A stretch of DNA of 64,000 nucleotides from Candidatus Nitrospinota bacterium M3_3B_026 (lineage in GTDB: Bacteria > Nitrospinota_A > UBA7883 > JBPRGF01), in contig JBPRGF010000017.1 in assembly GCA_051418015.1 (NCBI GenBank), positions 96,001 to 160,000 of the forward strand, read 5' to 3'. A program made the translations under genes and the position numbers. Positions within the stretch are counted from its first letter, which is position 1. Each line of letters starts with the position of its first letter. Shown piece after piece: positions 1 to 10,010 of this stretch. The notes beneath the pieces are model-generated. The model had not been told where the DNA came from, searched no databases, and worked only from the letters and a program-made list of their open reading frames with translations.

Positions 1-1
1 G

Positions 2-466
2 TCCCGCCATCGCCTCTCCCGGCTGCGGCGCGACAGGATCGGGTTCGTCTTCCAGGCCTACAACCTCGTCCCCACGCTGTCGGCCTACGAGAACGCGGAG
101 TTCGTCCTCGCCCTGCAGGGCGTCCAGAAAAAGGAGCGGAGGGAGCGCGTGACGAAGATTCTCGATGAGGTGGGCCTTTCGGGGCTTGAAAACAGGCGGC
201 CAGCCGAGCTTTCCGGCGGCCAGCAGCAGCGCGTCGCCATCGCCCGCTCCATCGTCCACGAGCCGGCCATCGTTCTCGCCGACGAGCCGACGGCCAACGT
301 CGACTCCGCCACTGCCGAGGCCCTGCTGGGCCTGATGGAAAAACTCAACGAGGAGGAGAGCGTCACCTTCCTTTTCTCCACCCACGACCAAAGGGTGATG
401 GACCGCGCCCATAGGATTCTGAGAATGCGCGACGGGGCCATAGAATCCGACGACCGGCGGGGGTGA
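2..466 (+). CDS. ABC transporter ATP-binding protein, LolD/MacB-like (5' truncated)
   Basis: Frame open from window start: IGFVFQAYNL Q-loop, LSGGQQQR signature, VLADEPTANVD Walker B, STHD H-loop. Confidence 0.9.
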   Translation, partial: SRHRLSRLRRDRIGFVFQAYNLVPTLSAYENAEFVLALQGVQKKERRERVTKILDEVGLSGLENRRPAELSGGQQQRVAIARSIVHEPAIVLADEPTANVDSATAEALLGLMEKLNEEESVTFLFSTHDQRVMDRAHRILRMRDGAIESDDRRG

Positions 467-470
467 TCCG

Positions 471-1682
471 ATGACAGCGCGTTTTCTGGCCGCCGCGCTT
501 ATCCTCGCCGCCCTCCCCTCCCCCGCGGCGGCGTTCTACGACTCCGAATCGGGCGCCGTCGAGGCGCGCGCCCTCGTCCGCGCCTTAAGCTGGTTTACGA
601 AAAACCCCGGCGGATCACTGTACGAGAACGCCACCGATCAGGGCGGCGCGGCCCTTGGCAGGCTGATGGTGGACGCGCGGCCCGCGAAATCTTTTACGCT
701 CGAACTCAACGCCTACCAGCTGGCCAACGTCTCCACGTCCAGGGCGCAGGCGCGCGCCGGGGGTTTTGCCATTCGCGACGTGGAGAGAAGCTCCGCCCTG
801 GAGTGGCGCCAGCGCGGCGAGACCACCCATGAGGCCCTGGCCGCCATAGACCGCCTGAACCTGAGGATCACCTCCGGCAGGCTGGACTTCATCGCCGGGA
901 GGCAGGCCATAAACCTCGCCACATGCTACTACTTCACCCCGAACGATTTCTTCGCCCCCTTTGCCGCCCAGACCTTCTACCGCATCTACAAGCCCGGCGT
1001 GGACGCTGCGAGGCTGGAAGCGCGGCTCGGCCCACTCACACAGGTGACGCTGATCGCCGCTCTCGGATACAGCCCCGAAGATTCCAGTCCGAACGGGTGG
1101 AGCGGAGAGGCGGACTGGGGCAGGACATCGTACATCGCCCGCGTCTCCACGGTCTTTTTCGATTTCGACTGGGCGCTGATAGGCGGAAAGGCGCGTGACG
1201 GCGACGTCGCGGGCGGCGCCGTCCAGGGGGAGCTTTTCTGGAAAACGGGGCTGAGGGTGGAGGGAAATTACATGGAGCAGGAGAACGGCGGCCCCGTCTC
1301 CAGGGTCTCCGCCCAGCTGGAGAAAAGGTTCGAAAGCTCGCTTATCCTCCGGGTGGAGGGTTTTTACAACAGCGCAGGCGCGGAAGCAGCGGCGGAGTAC
1401 ACGGAGCGCCCCGAAGAGCTCTATCCCGCCAAATGGTACAGCGCCGCCGGTTTAAGCTACGAGTTCAACCCGCTTTTGCGCGGGGAGGCGCTGGCGCTTT
1501 TCAACCATGTAGACGGCTCGAGGCTGCTCTCCTTCTACACGTCCCATTCCGTCTCCGACGAGACGGAGGTTTCCATGGGGCTTTACATACCCTTCGGCGG
1601 CGAGCCGGGGCCCCTCACGGCGGGAAGCGAGTTCGGGTCGTATCCTGCGAGCTTTACATTCGAGATAAGGTCGGTTTTTTGA
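471..1682 (+). CDS. Exported, probable outer-membrane beta-barrel protein associated with the ABC system
   Basis: Signal peptide (..PSPAAA/FYD), GRQAIN..FTPNDFF..KPGVDA motif, C-terminal Phe; directly follows the ABC ATPase. Confidence 0.6.
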   Translation: MTARFLAAALILAALPSPAAAFYDSESGAVEARALVRALSWFTKNPGGSLYENATDQGGAALGRLMVDARPAKSFTLELNAYQLANVSTSRAQARAGGFAIRDVERSSALEWRQRGETTHEALAAIDRLNLRITSGRLDFIAGRQAINLATCYYFTPNDFFAPFAAQTFYRIYKPGVDAARLEARLGPLTQVTLIAALGYSPEDSSPNGWSGEADWGRTSYIARVSTVFFDFDWALIGGKARDGDVAGGAVQGELFWKTGLRVEGNYMEQENGGPVSRVSAQLEKRFESSLILRVEGFYNSAGAEAAAEYTERPEELYPAKWYSAAGLSYEFNPLLRGEALALFNHVDGSRLLSFYTSHSVSDETEVSMGLYIPFGGEPGPLTAGSEFGSYPASFTFEIRSVF

Positions 1683-1763
1683 GGTCAAGCCGCAGGGCGG
1701 CGCGGCCGAATATTATAAGGAAGCAGGAAGACGGGCCGCCGGGCCCAGGACAGCGATGATAGC

Positions 1764-2912
1764 GTGAAGGACACACTGACCACCAAGGACGAGCTTGTCC
1801 GGAAAGGCATTTTTGATGGCGGCAGGGCCCGTACCGGGCCTTACGGCCTGCAGGTCGGGATCACCGCCTATTGCAACTTAAGCTGCGTCTTCTGCGCCCC
1901 TTTCAGCTACCGCAGGCCCGGCGGACGGCGGCCCAGCCACAAAAACCTCTTGAAGCTCGACCCCGGCAGGTTCCACGGCCTTGTGGACGACGCCGCGGAG
2001 CTTGATGTGGAGCAGATATCCATAGTTGGCGTGGGTGAGCCATTCTTGCACCCGGACATCATGTCCTTCATCCGCAGGGTCAAGGAGCGCGGCATTCGGC
2101 TGATGGTTACGACCAACGGCTCGCTTCTTTCCAGGCGGAGGGTGGACGAGATCGTGGAGGGGAAGCTCGACATCATCAATGTATCGCTCAACGCCGCTTC
2201 CGCCCAGACCCATGCCAAGGTCAGCGGCGCGCGGGGCGATGGCGGCTTCGATACGATCATGGAGAGCCTTTCGCGCCTGCATGAACGGAAAAAAGGGCAC
2301 GGCCTTGAAAAACCGCGCCTTGCTTTGCGCATGGTGCTCACCAGGCTCAACGTCCATGAGGTTGAAAGCTTTGTGGAGACAGCGGCAAAGGTGGGCGCGG
2401 ACGAGCTTTTTTTCCAGAACTACGTCGCTCCCCATTTCGCCCGCGACATAGCCCTGGACCCCGGCGAGAAAAAAACCGCCGCCGAAACGCTGGCGCGGAT
2501 TGAAGAAAAAATCGCAGGCTACGGGATAAAATCGAACCTGGAAAGCGTTATCTCCCGGTACACAAGCGAAAACGGCGGCGGGGAGGCGAAAACCTATATG
2601 GGTTACGTGGTGGACGACAGGTTCCACGAAAAATATCCCTGCTACACTGGCTGGACCTACGCGATGGCGCTCGCCAACGGCTCCGTCATGCCCTGCTGCT
2701 ATTGCTCCAGCCCTATGGGAAACCTTTACGAGAAGTCTTTTAAGGAGATATGGCTGGGCGAAAGATACAACGCCTTCCGCGCCGCCGCGATCCGGCTGCC
2801 CGGCAGGCGCGAAAGCCCGGAAGGCTGCGCCTGTTTCAACAGTTGCGGCGCCATCCCGGACAACATCCGCCTCATCGAAGGGCTCGGCCTGAACAGCGCT
2901 GGCGGCGGGTGA
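1764..2912 (+). CDS. Radical SAM protein with SPASM/twitch domain
   Basis: CNLSCVFC (CxxxCxxC), GVGEP, TNG, C-terminal CYTGW..GSVMPCC..GNL..EIW. Confidence 0.85.
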   Translation: MKDTLTTKDELVRKGIFDGGRARTGPYGLQVGITAYCNLSCVFCAPFSYRRPGGRRPSHKNLLKLDPGRFHGLVDDAAELDVEQISIVGVGEPFLHPDIMSFIRRVKERGIRLMVTTNGSLLSRRRVDEIVEGKLDIINVSLNAASAQTHAKVSGARGDGGFDTIMESLSRLHERKKGHGLEKPRLALRMVLTRLNVHEVESFVETAAKVGADELFFQNYVAPHFARDIALDPGEKKTAAETLARIEEKIAGYGIKSNLESVISRYTSENGGGEAKTYMGYVVDDRFHEKYPCYTGWTYAMALANGSVMPCCYCSSPMGNLYEKSFKEIWLGERYNAFRAAAIRLPGRRESPEGCACFNSCGAIPDNIRLIEGLGLNSAGGG

Positions 2913-3128
2913 TAAACAGCAAAACAGCCAAAGCCGCGCGCCATGGAAAATTCCCACCACGCTGAAATCATTCCCGCCGCCCGTGATCTAAAACAGGCTG
3001 GATGACCTTCAAGTCTCAGCGGGAGCGTGGCGGTTGCGATTGACTCCCGGATCGGGCTTGTGTTATAAGGATTCCTTCCTGATGAGGGGTACCCAAGGCG
3101 AAGCTTTGCCCTATAGAGGATAATTTAT

Positions 3129-4295
3129 ATGAAAATCCACGAGTACCAGGCGAAGGAAATCCTTCAAAAATTTGGTGTTCCAACGCCAAAAGGGGCGATA
3201 TTGACGAACGCCCAGGAACTCAAGAATATCGTTGACGAGCTTGGCCTGCCCGTGGTGGTCAAGGCGCAGATACACGCCGGCGGCCGGGGCAAGGCCGGCG
3301 GCGTCAAGGTCGCCAAAACCTTCGACGAGGCCCAGGAGGCCGTGAAAAGCATCCTCGGCGAGACGCTGGTGACCCACCAGACGGGCCCCGAGGGGCGTAT
3401 CGTCCACACCCTGCTTATTGAGGAGGGGATGGACATCGCCCGGGAGCTTTACGTCGGGATAGTGGTGGACCGCGAGAAGTCCCACCCCTGCGTGATGGTC
3501 TCCGAGGAGGGGGGTGTCGAGATCGAGGAGGTGGCGGCCCGGACGCCCGAAAGGATCATGAAAGAGTGGGTGGATCCCTCCCTTGGGCTGATGCCCGCCC
3601 AGGCGCGCAAGCTGGCCTTCTTTTTGAACCTTCCCCCGGAGGCTTTCAAGGAGGCGGTGAAATTCATTATGGGCCTCTATAAAGCCTTCGAGGCCAGGGA
3701 CTGCTCCATGGCGGAGATCAACCCTCTCGTCGTCACCGGCGACAACCGTGTCCTCGCCCTCGACTGCAAGATGACCTTCGACGACAATGCCCTGTTCCGC
3801 CAGCGGGACGTGGTGGAAATGCGCGACCTGAACGAGGAGGACGAGCTGGAGATAGAGGCCAGCAAGTACGACCTGAACTACATCAAGCTCGACGGGAACA
3901 TAGGCTGCATGGTCAACGGCGCGGGGCTTGCCATGGCCACCATGGACATAATCAAGCTCGCGGGCGGCGAGCCGGCGAATTTCCTGGACGTCGGCGGCGG
4001 CGCCTCCGAGGAGCAGATAGAAAACGCGTTCAAGATCATCCTCGCCGACAAGAACGTCAAGGGGATATTCATCAATATATTCGGCGGTATCCTGCGCTGC
4101 GACCGGCTGGCCACGGGCGTGGTCAACGCCGCGAAAAAGACGAGCGTCTCCGTCCCGGTGGTGATCCGCATGGAGGGGACAAACGTCGAGGAAGGCGCGA
4201 AGATACTCGAGGAAAGCGGTTTGAACTTCATCGTGGCCGAGGGGATGCGCGACGGCGCCGAGAAGGCCGTCGCCGCCATCAAGGCCGCGGTCTGA
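3129..4295 (+). CDS. sucC: Succinyl-CoA ligase beta subunit
   Basis: [48 protein letters not shown]. Confidence 0.97.
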   Translation: MKIHEYQAKEILQKFGVPTPKGAILTNAQELKNIVDELGLPVVVKAQIHAGGRGKAGGVKVAKTFDEAQEAVKSILGETLVTHQTGPEGRIVHTLLIEEGMDIARELYVGIVVDREKSHPCVMVSEEGGVEIEEVAARTPERIMKEWVDPSLGLMPAQARKLAFFLNLPPEAFKEAVKFIMGLYKAFEARDCSMAEINPLVVTGDNRVLALDCKMTFDDNALFRQRDVVEMRDLNEEDELEIEASKYDLNYIKLDGNIGCMVNGAGLAMATMDIIKLAGGEPANFLDVGGGASEEQIENAFKIILADKNVKGIFINIFGGILRCDRLATGVVNAAKKTSVSVPVVIRMEGTNVEEGAKILEESGLNFIVAEGMRDGAEKAVAAIKAAV

Positions 4296-4315
4296 CTATA
4301 GGGGGCCATACACGT

Positions 4316-5185
4316 ATGAGCGTTCTGGTAGACGAAAACACGAAACTCCTCGTGCAGGGGATCACCGGCAAAGAGGGCTCCTTCCACGCCGCGGGATGCA
4401 AGGCCTACGGCGCCAACGTCGTGGCGGGCGTCACCCCCGGCAAGGAGGGACAGGAAGTGGACGGCGTTCCGGTGTTCAACACCGTCCAGGGCGCCGTGGA
4501 CGCCACCGGGGCCAACGCGACGATGATATTCGTCCCTCCCCCCTTCGCCGCGGACGCCATATTCGAGGCCGCCGAGGCGGGGATAGACCTGATCGTCTGC
4601 ATCACCGAGGGGATCCCGGTGTTCGACATGATAAAGATAAAAAACTACCTGAAGGACAAGAAAAGCCGCCTCATAGGCCCCAACTGCCCGGGCGTGATAA
4701 CCCCGGACGTGGCCAAGATAGGTATCATGCCGGGCCACATCCACACCGCCGGGCCGGTGGGGGTGGTCTCCCGCTCGGGGACGCTGACCTACGAGGTGGT
4801 GGGCCAGCTGACAAGCCTCGGCATCGGCCAGTCCACATGCGTCGGGATCGGCGGCGACCCGGTCAACGGCACGAGTTTCATAGACGTCATCGAGCTTTTC
4901 AACGACGATCCGCGGACCGAGGCGATCGTCATGATAGGCGAGATCGGCGGCTCGGCCGAGGAGGAAGCGGCCAGGTACATAAAAGACAACGTCAAAAAAC
5001 CCGTGGTCGGCTTCATCGCGGGTCAGACGGCCCCTCCCGGCAGGAGAATGGGCCACGCCGGGGCCATAATCGCAGGCGGAAAGGGAACCGCCGACGAGAA
5101 GATGAAGGTCATGAACGAGTTTGGCGTCACAGTTGTGAAGTCGCCGGCCGACATGGGCGAGACGGTCAAGAAAGTTATGAGCTGA
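4316..5185 (+). CDS. sucD: Succinyl-CoA ligase alpha subunit
   Basis: [32 protein letters not shown] phospho-His motif. Confidence 0.97.
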   Translation: MSVLVDENTKLLVQGITGKEGSFHAAGCKAYGANVVAGVTPGKEGQEVDGVPVFNTVQGAVDATGANATMIFVPPPFAADAIFEAAEAGIDLIVCITEGIPVFDMIKIKNYLKDKKSRLIGPNCPGVITPDVAKIGIMPGHIHTAGPVGVVSRSGTLTYEVVGQLTSLGIGQSTCVGIGGDPVNGTSFIDVIELFNDDPRTEAIVMIGEIGGSAEEEAARYIKDNVKKPVVGFIAGQTAPPGRRMGHAGAIIAGGKGTADEKMKVMNEFGVTVVKSPADMGETVKKVMS

Positions 5186-5265
5186 CGGCGCCTTCCCGGT
5201 CTCCGGGCGGCGTTTGCTTTCTATAGGACGGGGGCAGAAGGTTCCATTGTGAAAGGTATCGAAAA

Positions 5266-7002
5266 GTGGCGAAAAACAACGACCTGATAATAAGATTCGG
5301 AGGCGAGGGAGGCGAGGGCATCATCTCCTCGGGAGACATGGTCGCCCAGGCCGCCGTTCGCTCCGGCCTGGAGGTTCTCACCTTCAAGACGTTTCCGGCC
5401 GAGATCAAGGGCGGTTACGCCATGTACCAGATCCGCTTCTCGAGCGAGACTATCTTGTCCGAGGGCAGCGGGTTTGACGTCCTTTGCGTTTTCAACCAGG
5501 AGGCGCTGGACGCAAACAGAAAACTCCTGACGGAAGGAACGGTCCTGGTCTACGACTACCCGGGCGGAGACATCGCCGAGGAGCAGAACATACCCGGCGT
5601 CACCTGCTACCCGGTCCCCATGAGCAAGACCGCCAAGGAGGACCTGGGGACTTACCGGTCGAAGAACATGGTCGCTCTCGGCGCCGTGGCGGAGCTTTTT
5701 TCCATATCCATGGACTCCATCCGCGACACCATCAAGGGCAAGTTCGGCAAGAAGGGCCAGGAGGTCGTGGACGTGAACTTCAAGGCCCTCGACGCGGGGC
5801 GCGACCATGTCCGGAACAACCTGAAGAAGACAGACCCCTACAGCATGAGTCCCGGCAAGCCGAAAGAGAACACCATAATCCTCTCCGGCAACGAGGCCGT
5901 GGGCCTGGGGGCTCTGCTGGCGGGCGTGCGGTATTTTTCCGCGTACCCGATAACCCCCGCCACGGAGGTCGCCATATACCTGTCGCGGCATCTTCCGAAG
6001 TTCAACGGCGACCTGGTTCAGGCGGAGGACGAGATAGCCTCCCTGGCTAACGTCATCGGCGCCTCTTACGGCGGCAAGAAATCGATGACGTCCACATCGG
6101 GGCCGGGCCTGTCGCTCATGCAGGAGCTTATAGGCATGGCCTCGATGATGGAGGTTCCGCTGGTGATCGTGGACGTACAGCGCGGCGGCCCCTCCACGGG
6201 CCTGCCGACCAAGCACGAGCAGTCGGACCTTTTCCTGGCGGCGCACGGCTGCCACGGCGACGCATCCAAGGTGGTCATAAGCCCCGAGGGAGTGGAGGAC
6301 TGCGTATACCTCACCGTCGAAGCCTTCAACGTAGCGGAGAAATACCAGGTCCCCGTCCTTGTCCTCTCCGACGGCTCGCTGGGCTTCAGGACAAGCTCCA
6401 TGAGCAAGCCCGACCCGGCGAAGATAAAGGTCGTGGACAGGGAGCTTTACCAGCCCGGCGGCAACGGTGACGAGCCGTTCCTGAGGTACAAGCTGACGGA
6501 GTCGGGCGTGTCGGCAATGTCCGTCCCCGGCCAGCCCGGCGGGGAGTATATCTCCACCGGCCTCGAGCACGCGGAGACCTCCGCGCCGCGCTACACGCCG
6601 GAGAATCACACGGCGATGCTGGACAAAAGGTTCCATAAGCTCGACGACATCGAGGACCACTTCCCGCCGACGGAGGCCGACGAGCAGGAGGGCGCGGAGC
6701 TGGGCGTCATCGCCTGGGGGTCCACCATCGGCATCGCCCGCGAGGCGATCCGAGACTCCAGGGCGGCGGGGCTCAAGGTCTCCGGCCTTTACCCGAAGCT
6801 CGTGTGGCCGCTGCCCAAAAAGGCGCTGGCCGACTTCGCCGCCAAGCACAAGAAGATACTGATACCCGAGGTGAACAAGCAGGGCCAGCTGGCGAAGATT
6901 ATCGCCTCGGAAACAGACATCGACCCCATCAGCCACACCATCTACGGCGGGTTGCCTTTCACCCCGGCGATGCTGGCCGAGAAGATAAAGGAGGTGATCT
7001 AA
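5266..7002 (+). CDS. korA: 2-oxoacid:ferredoxin oxidoreductase alpha subunit (gamma-alpha fusion), probably 2-oxoglutarate-specific given context
   Basis: GEGGEG, AEIKGG, YPITPATE, EDEIAS, TSGPGLSLM, QRGGPSTGLPTK; next to sucCD. Confidence 0.85.
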   Translation: MAKNNDLIIRFGGEGGEGIISSGDMVAQAAVRSGLEVLTFKTFPAEIKGGYAMYQIRFSSETILSEGSGFDVLCVFNQEALDANRKLLTEGTVLVYDYPGGDIAEEQNIPGVTCYPVPMSKTAKEDLGTYRSKNMVALGAVAELFSISMDSIRDTIKGKFGKKGQEVVDVNFKALDAGRDHVRNNLKKTDPYSMSPGKPKENTIILSGNEAVGLGALLAGVRYFSAYPITPATEVAIYLSRHLPKFNGDLVQAEDEIASLANVIGASYGGKKSMTSTSGPGLSLMQELIGMASMMEVPLVIVDVQRGGPSTGLPTKHEQSDLFLAAHGCHGDASKVVISPEGVEDCVYLTVEAFNVAEKYQVPVLVLSDGSLGFRTSSMSKPDPAKIKVVDRELYQPGGNGDEPFLRYKLTESGVSAMSVPGQPGGEYISTGLEHAETSAPRYTPENHTAMLDKRFHKLDDIEDHFPPTEADEQEGAELGVIAWGSTIGIAREAIRDSRAAGLKVSGLYPKLVWPLPKKALADFAAKHKKILIPEVNKQGQLAKIIASETDIDPISHTIYGGLPFTPAMLAEKIKEVI

Positions 7003-7871
7003 TGACCACGGCTACGGCTCCGATGAAAGCGAAGGATTACAAAAGCGTCGTCCCGCCGACCTGGTGCCCGGGCTGCGGCGATTACGGCGTTCTAAACGCT
7101 GTCCTCAAGGCGTTCGCCGATCTCAAGATAGATATCGACAAAACCGTGCTGGTCTCCGGCATCGGCTGTTCGTCGCGGTTCCCTTATTTCGTGAAGACAT
7201 ACGGTATGCACACCGCGCACGGCCGCGCCCTGCCCGTGGCGGCGGGCGTCAAGATGGCCAGGCCGGACCTGGAGGTCATCTGCTTCGGCGGCGATGGCGA
7301 CGGGTTCTCCATCGGCGGCGGGCACGTGCCCCACGTGGCGCGCAAAAACACGGATATCACCTACGTGTTGATGGACAACTCCATCTACGGGCTGACCAAG
7401 GGACAGGTCTCACCGACCAGCCAGACGGGGATGGTGACCACCACCACCCCCTACGGCGCGCCGGACATGCCGGTGAACCCGCTGGCTTTCTGCCTGACAT
7501 ACGGGGCCACCTTTGTCGCGCAGGCCTACAGCTCCAAGCCCAAGGTGGTGCAGAATCTCGTGACCAGGGCGATTCAGCACAAGGGGTTCTCGTTCGTCAA
7601 CATCATCAGCCCCTGCCCCACCTTCAACAAGATCAACACTTTCGACTTTTACAAGGAGAAGGTCTACGATCTGCCGGAGGATCACGACACAAGCGACCTG
7701 GCGGCGGCGATAAAGATCGCCCTCACGGCCAAGGAGGGGAAGGTGCCCACAGGGCTTTTCTACCAGGTGGAGCGGCCCACGCTGGTCGACCGTCTGATGG
7801 AAATACGCGGGAAAGCCGAGGGATCGGACGACTATGACGTCAACAAGATCATAGACCTGCACAGGCCGTAA
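7002..7871 (+). CDS. korB: 2-oxoacid:ferredoxin oxidoreductase beta subunit (TPP-binding)
   Basis: WCPGCGD, SGIGCS, HGRALP, GGDGD..IGG, YGLTKGQ.SPT; ATG 7002 overlaps the alpha stop, with GGAGG SD. Confidence 0.88.
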   Translation: MTTATAPMKAKDYKSVVPPTWCPGCGDYGVLNAVLKAFADLKIDIDKTVLVSGIGCSSRFPYFVKTYGMHTAHGRALPVAAGVKMARPDLEVICFGGDGDGFSIGGGHVPHVARKNTDITYVLMDNSIYGLTKGQVSPTSQTGMVTTTTPYGAPDMPVNPLAFCLTYGATFVAQAYSSKPKVVQNLVTRAIQHKGFSFVNIISPCPTFNKINTFDFYKEKVYDLPEDHDTSDLAAAIKIALTAKEGKVPTGLFYQVERPTLVDRLMEIRGKAEGSDDYDVNKIIDLHRP

Positions 7872-7890
7872 ACCGGAACCATACACACCC

Positions 7891-7933
7891 GGCGCCGGAG
7901 GGGACAAGCGAAAGGACTCCGGCGCCTTTTTTT
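7891..7933 (+). terminator. Intrinsic terminator after korB
   Basis: GGCGCCGGAG / CTCCGGCGCC 10-bp stem followed by T7. Confidence 0.7.
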
Positions 7934-7952
7934 GTAACGGAGGATGAACGAA

Positions 7953-8372
7953 ATGTCGCGAACGCTGGCGATCATAAAGCCCGACGCCGTGGAACGCGGG
8001 CTCACCGGCAAGATATTGAGCTGGATCGAGGGCGAGGGGCTCAAGGTCGCCGCCATGAAGATGATTCACATGACAAAGGCCCAGGCGGAGGGTTTTTACG
8101 CTGAACACAGGGAGCGGCCCTTTTTCGAATCGCTGACAAAATACATGAGCTCCGGCCCATGCGTCGTGGCCGTACTGGAGGGGGATAACGCCCAGCCCAA
8201 ATGGCGCGAAATCATGGGCGCGACGAACCCGGCCGACGCGGCCGAAGGGACGATCCGCAAGGAGCTGGCCGTGGACCTCGAAAAAAACTCGGTCCATGGG
8301 TCGGACTCGGAAGCCTCGGCGGCGAGGGAGACATCCTACTTCTTTTCCGAGATCGAGAGCGTAAAGCGATAA
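7953..8372 (+). CDS. ndk: Nucleoside diphosphate kinase
   Basis: [28 protein letters not shown]; start 7953 fits the GGAGG spacing (7944 is the alternative). Confidence 0.96.
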   Translation: MSRTLAIIKPDAVERGLTGKILSWIEGEGLKVAAMKMIHMTKAQAEGFYAEHRERPFFESLTKYMSSGPCVVAVLEGDNAQPKWREIMGATNPADAAEGTIRKELAVDLEKNSVHGSDSEASAARETSYFFSEIESVKR

Positions 8373-8388
8373 GACCGGCGCGGCGCTT

Positions 8389-9102
8389 TCACGGAAGCCG
8401 CCCCTCATGCAGGGCGCTTGAGACCAGCGCGGAGCTGTAACCTATCCGGGCGAGCGCCTCGAGGTCGCCGCGGGACCGGACGCCGCCTCCCGCGATCCAC
8501 TCCTCCCCGGCGCGGGGGGGCACAAGCTCCCGCGGGTCGAAAAGCCCCAGGCCGACAGCGTCCAGCCTGATGTGCATGAACATCCTGGCCCCGGCCTCCC
8601 TCGCGGAGGAGAGGACCTTCCCCACGGTCATCCCGAACTTCGGGGAAAGCAGGTCGCCCCTGTACGTATCGATGGAGACTGCCGCCTTGGAGAGGTCCCC
8701 CGGCCAGTCCCAGGACTCGAAGGTCTCCGTGCCCACGACGGGGATGAGGCGGGAGCGGCCCTCCAGGACGAGGATGTCATCGGCCCTCCTGAAGCCGGCG
8801 TCCAGCATGAAAGAGGCGGCGCTTTTTTCCAGTATCTCGTCGATAACGGCCCAGTTCGCGCCGTTCCCCTGGATGGCGTCGATGTCGGCTACATAGAACA
8901 GGTCGAACCCGAACGCCGAGACGAGCCGCTCCACGAAATGGAGCGGCTCGGGGGATGAGAGAAGAGGAGACTCTATAGGCGCGTACTCGCAACGCCTGCC
9001 GCCTACGGCGCGGACAGCCAGCCCGCCCTTTATGTCGAGGACCGGAACGATCCGCGCCGATTCTCTCGCCGTCGAAGCCATTCCGGTCCCCTCACTCGTC
9101 AA
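8389..9102 (-). CDS. HisA/HisF-related TIM-barrel protein
   Basis: IVPVLDIKGGLAVRAVGGRR.EYAPI, YVADIDAI, AGGGVR motifs. Confidence 0.75.
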   Translation of the reverse strand: MTSEGTGMASTARESARIVPVLDIKGGLAVRAVGGRRCEYAPIESPLLSSPEPLHFVERLVSAFGFDLFYVADIDAIQGNGANWAVIDEILEKSAASFMLDAGFRRADDILVLEGRSRLIPVVGTETFESWDWPGDLSKAAVSIDTYRGDLLSPKFGMTVGKVLSSAREAGARMFMHIRLDAVGLGLFDPRELVPPRAGEEWIAGGGVRSRGDLEALARIGYSSALVSSALHEGRLP

Positions 9103-9236
9103 GCCGGACCAAAACCACCGTCACTCGAAAACCTCGGCCTGCGGCCTTGTCCGCCCCGGGACCCGCCAAAGGCCCCGGGGCAGGACAGGGAACAGGGAGG
9201 TCGGGCGGGGCTCCATCGCCCCGCCTCGGGGTAGAA

Positions 9237-9797
9237 TCATGTCAAAGGCTCAGGAATACCGCTGGCGCCGTCGCCCGGCTTTTTCTTTTTCTCCTCCCCG
9301 TCCAGGTCAAAAATCCTTCTCATCCGCTCCCTGCCCAGCTCCTTTACGACACTTTCCACCTCGGAGCGGGAAAGAAAAGCCCGGGCGGCCTCGTTCCCCG
9401 GATTCAGCCTCAACGCCCTCCGGAAGGCGCGCTCGGCTATACGCCTTTTTCCCGTGGCGCGATACACAAGCCCCCGCAGGCTGTAAACCCTGTCCATCGC
9501 CGCCGCCGATCCGTCCGAAAGAAGATGGGACGTCTCCCTCAATATGACCTCCTCGGCGCGCGCGCCGAAATAACCTCGCATGTCCTCCAGCAACTCGCCG
9601 AAACGGTAGTCGCCGTTCTCCAGATAGCGCCCGACCAGAAGCTCGCTCTGCGTCCTGAAGGGCGCCTGCCGGGCGCCCGCCGCGGATGTCCGGGCCTCCT
9701 CGCCCCAAAGACCTCCGTCCACGAAAGCGACGGCCAGAACTCCCGCGCCTATGAGAATTGTCACTATCGCCGTGACTGGCGGACTCAATGTCTCCAT
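9237..9797 (-). CDS. Membrane-anchored TPR-like protein
   Basis: N-terminal hydrophobic helix; YSLRGLVY..AERAFRRALRLNP TPR-like motif; start uncertain. Confidence 0.5.
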   Translation of the reverse strand: METLSPPVTAIVTILIGAGVLAVAFVDGGLWGEEARTSAAGARQAPFRTQSELLVGRYLENGDYRFGELLEDMRGYFGARAEEVILRETSHLLSDGSAAAMDRVYSLRGLVYRATGKRRIAERAFRRALRLNPGNEAARAFLSRSEVESVVKELGRERMRRIFDLDGEEKKKKPGDGASGIPEPLT

Positions 9798-10010
9798 CGG
9801 CTGCCTCCAACTGCTTATACCAATATGACAAGCAAACCGCGTGCCATGTTGCTACAATATATCACTTTAAATAACAACGTGTTACAAGATGCGTGTTAAA
9901 GTGAATGTTTCGCCGTCCTTCAAAATCTACAATATTTTGTGAGAGTGCATCAAAATATGTGGCCGTGTCCACCCCGGAGCCGGGGTGGGGCCGCTGTGTA
10001 TAATTGACCC

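Noticed and set aside
9840..9960. AT-rich patch upstream of uvrC (similar one at 18890-18970) as a possible att or dif site
   Set aside because: No recognisable XerC/D consensus, partner repeat or adjacent mobile genes; more likely promoter DNA
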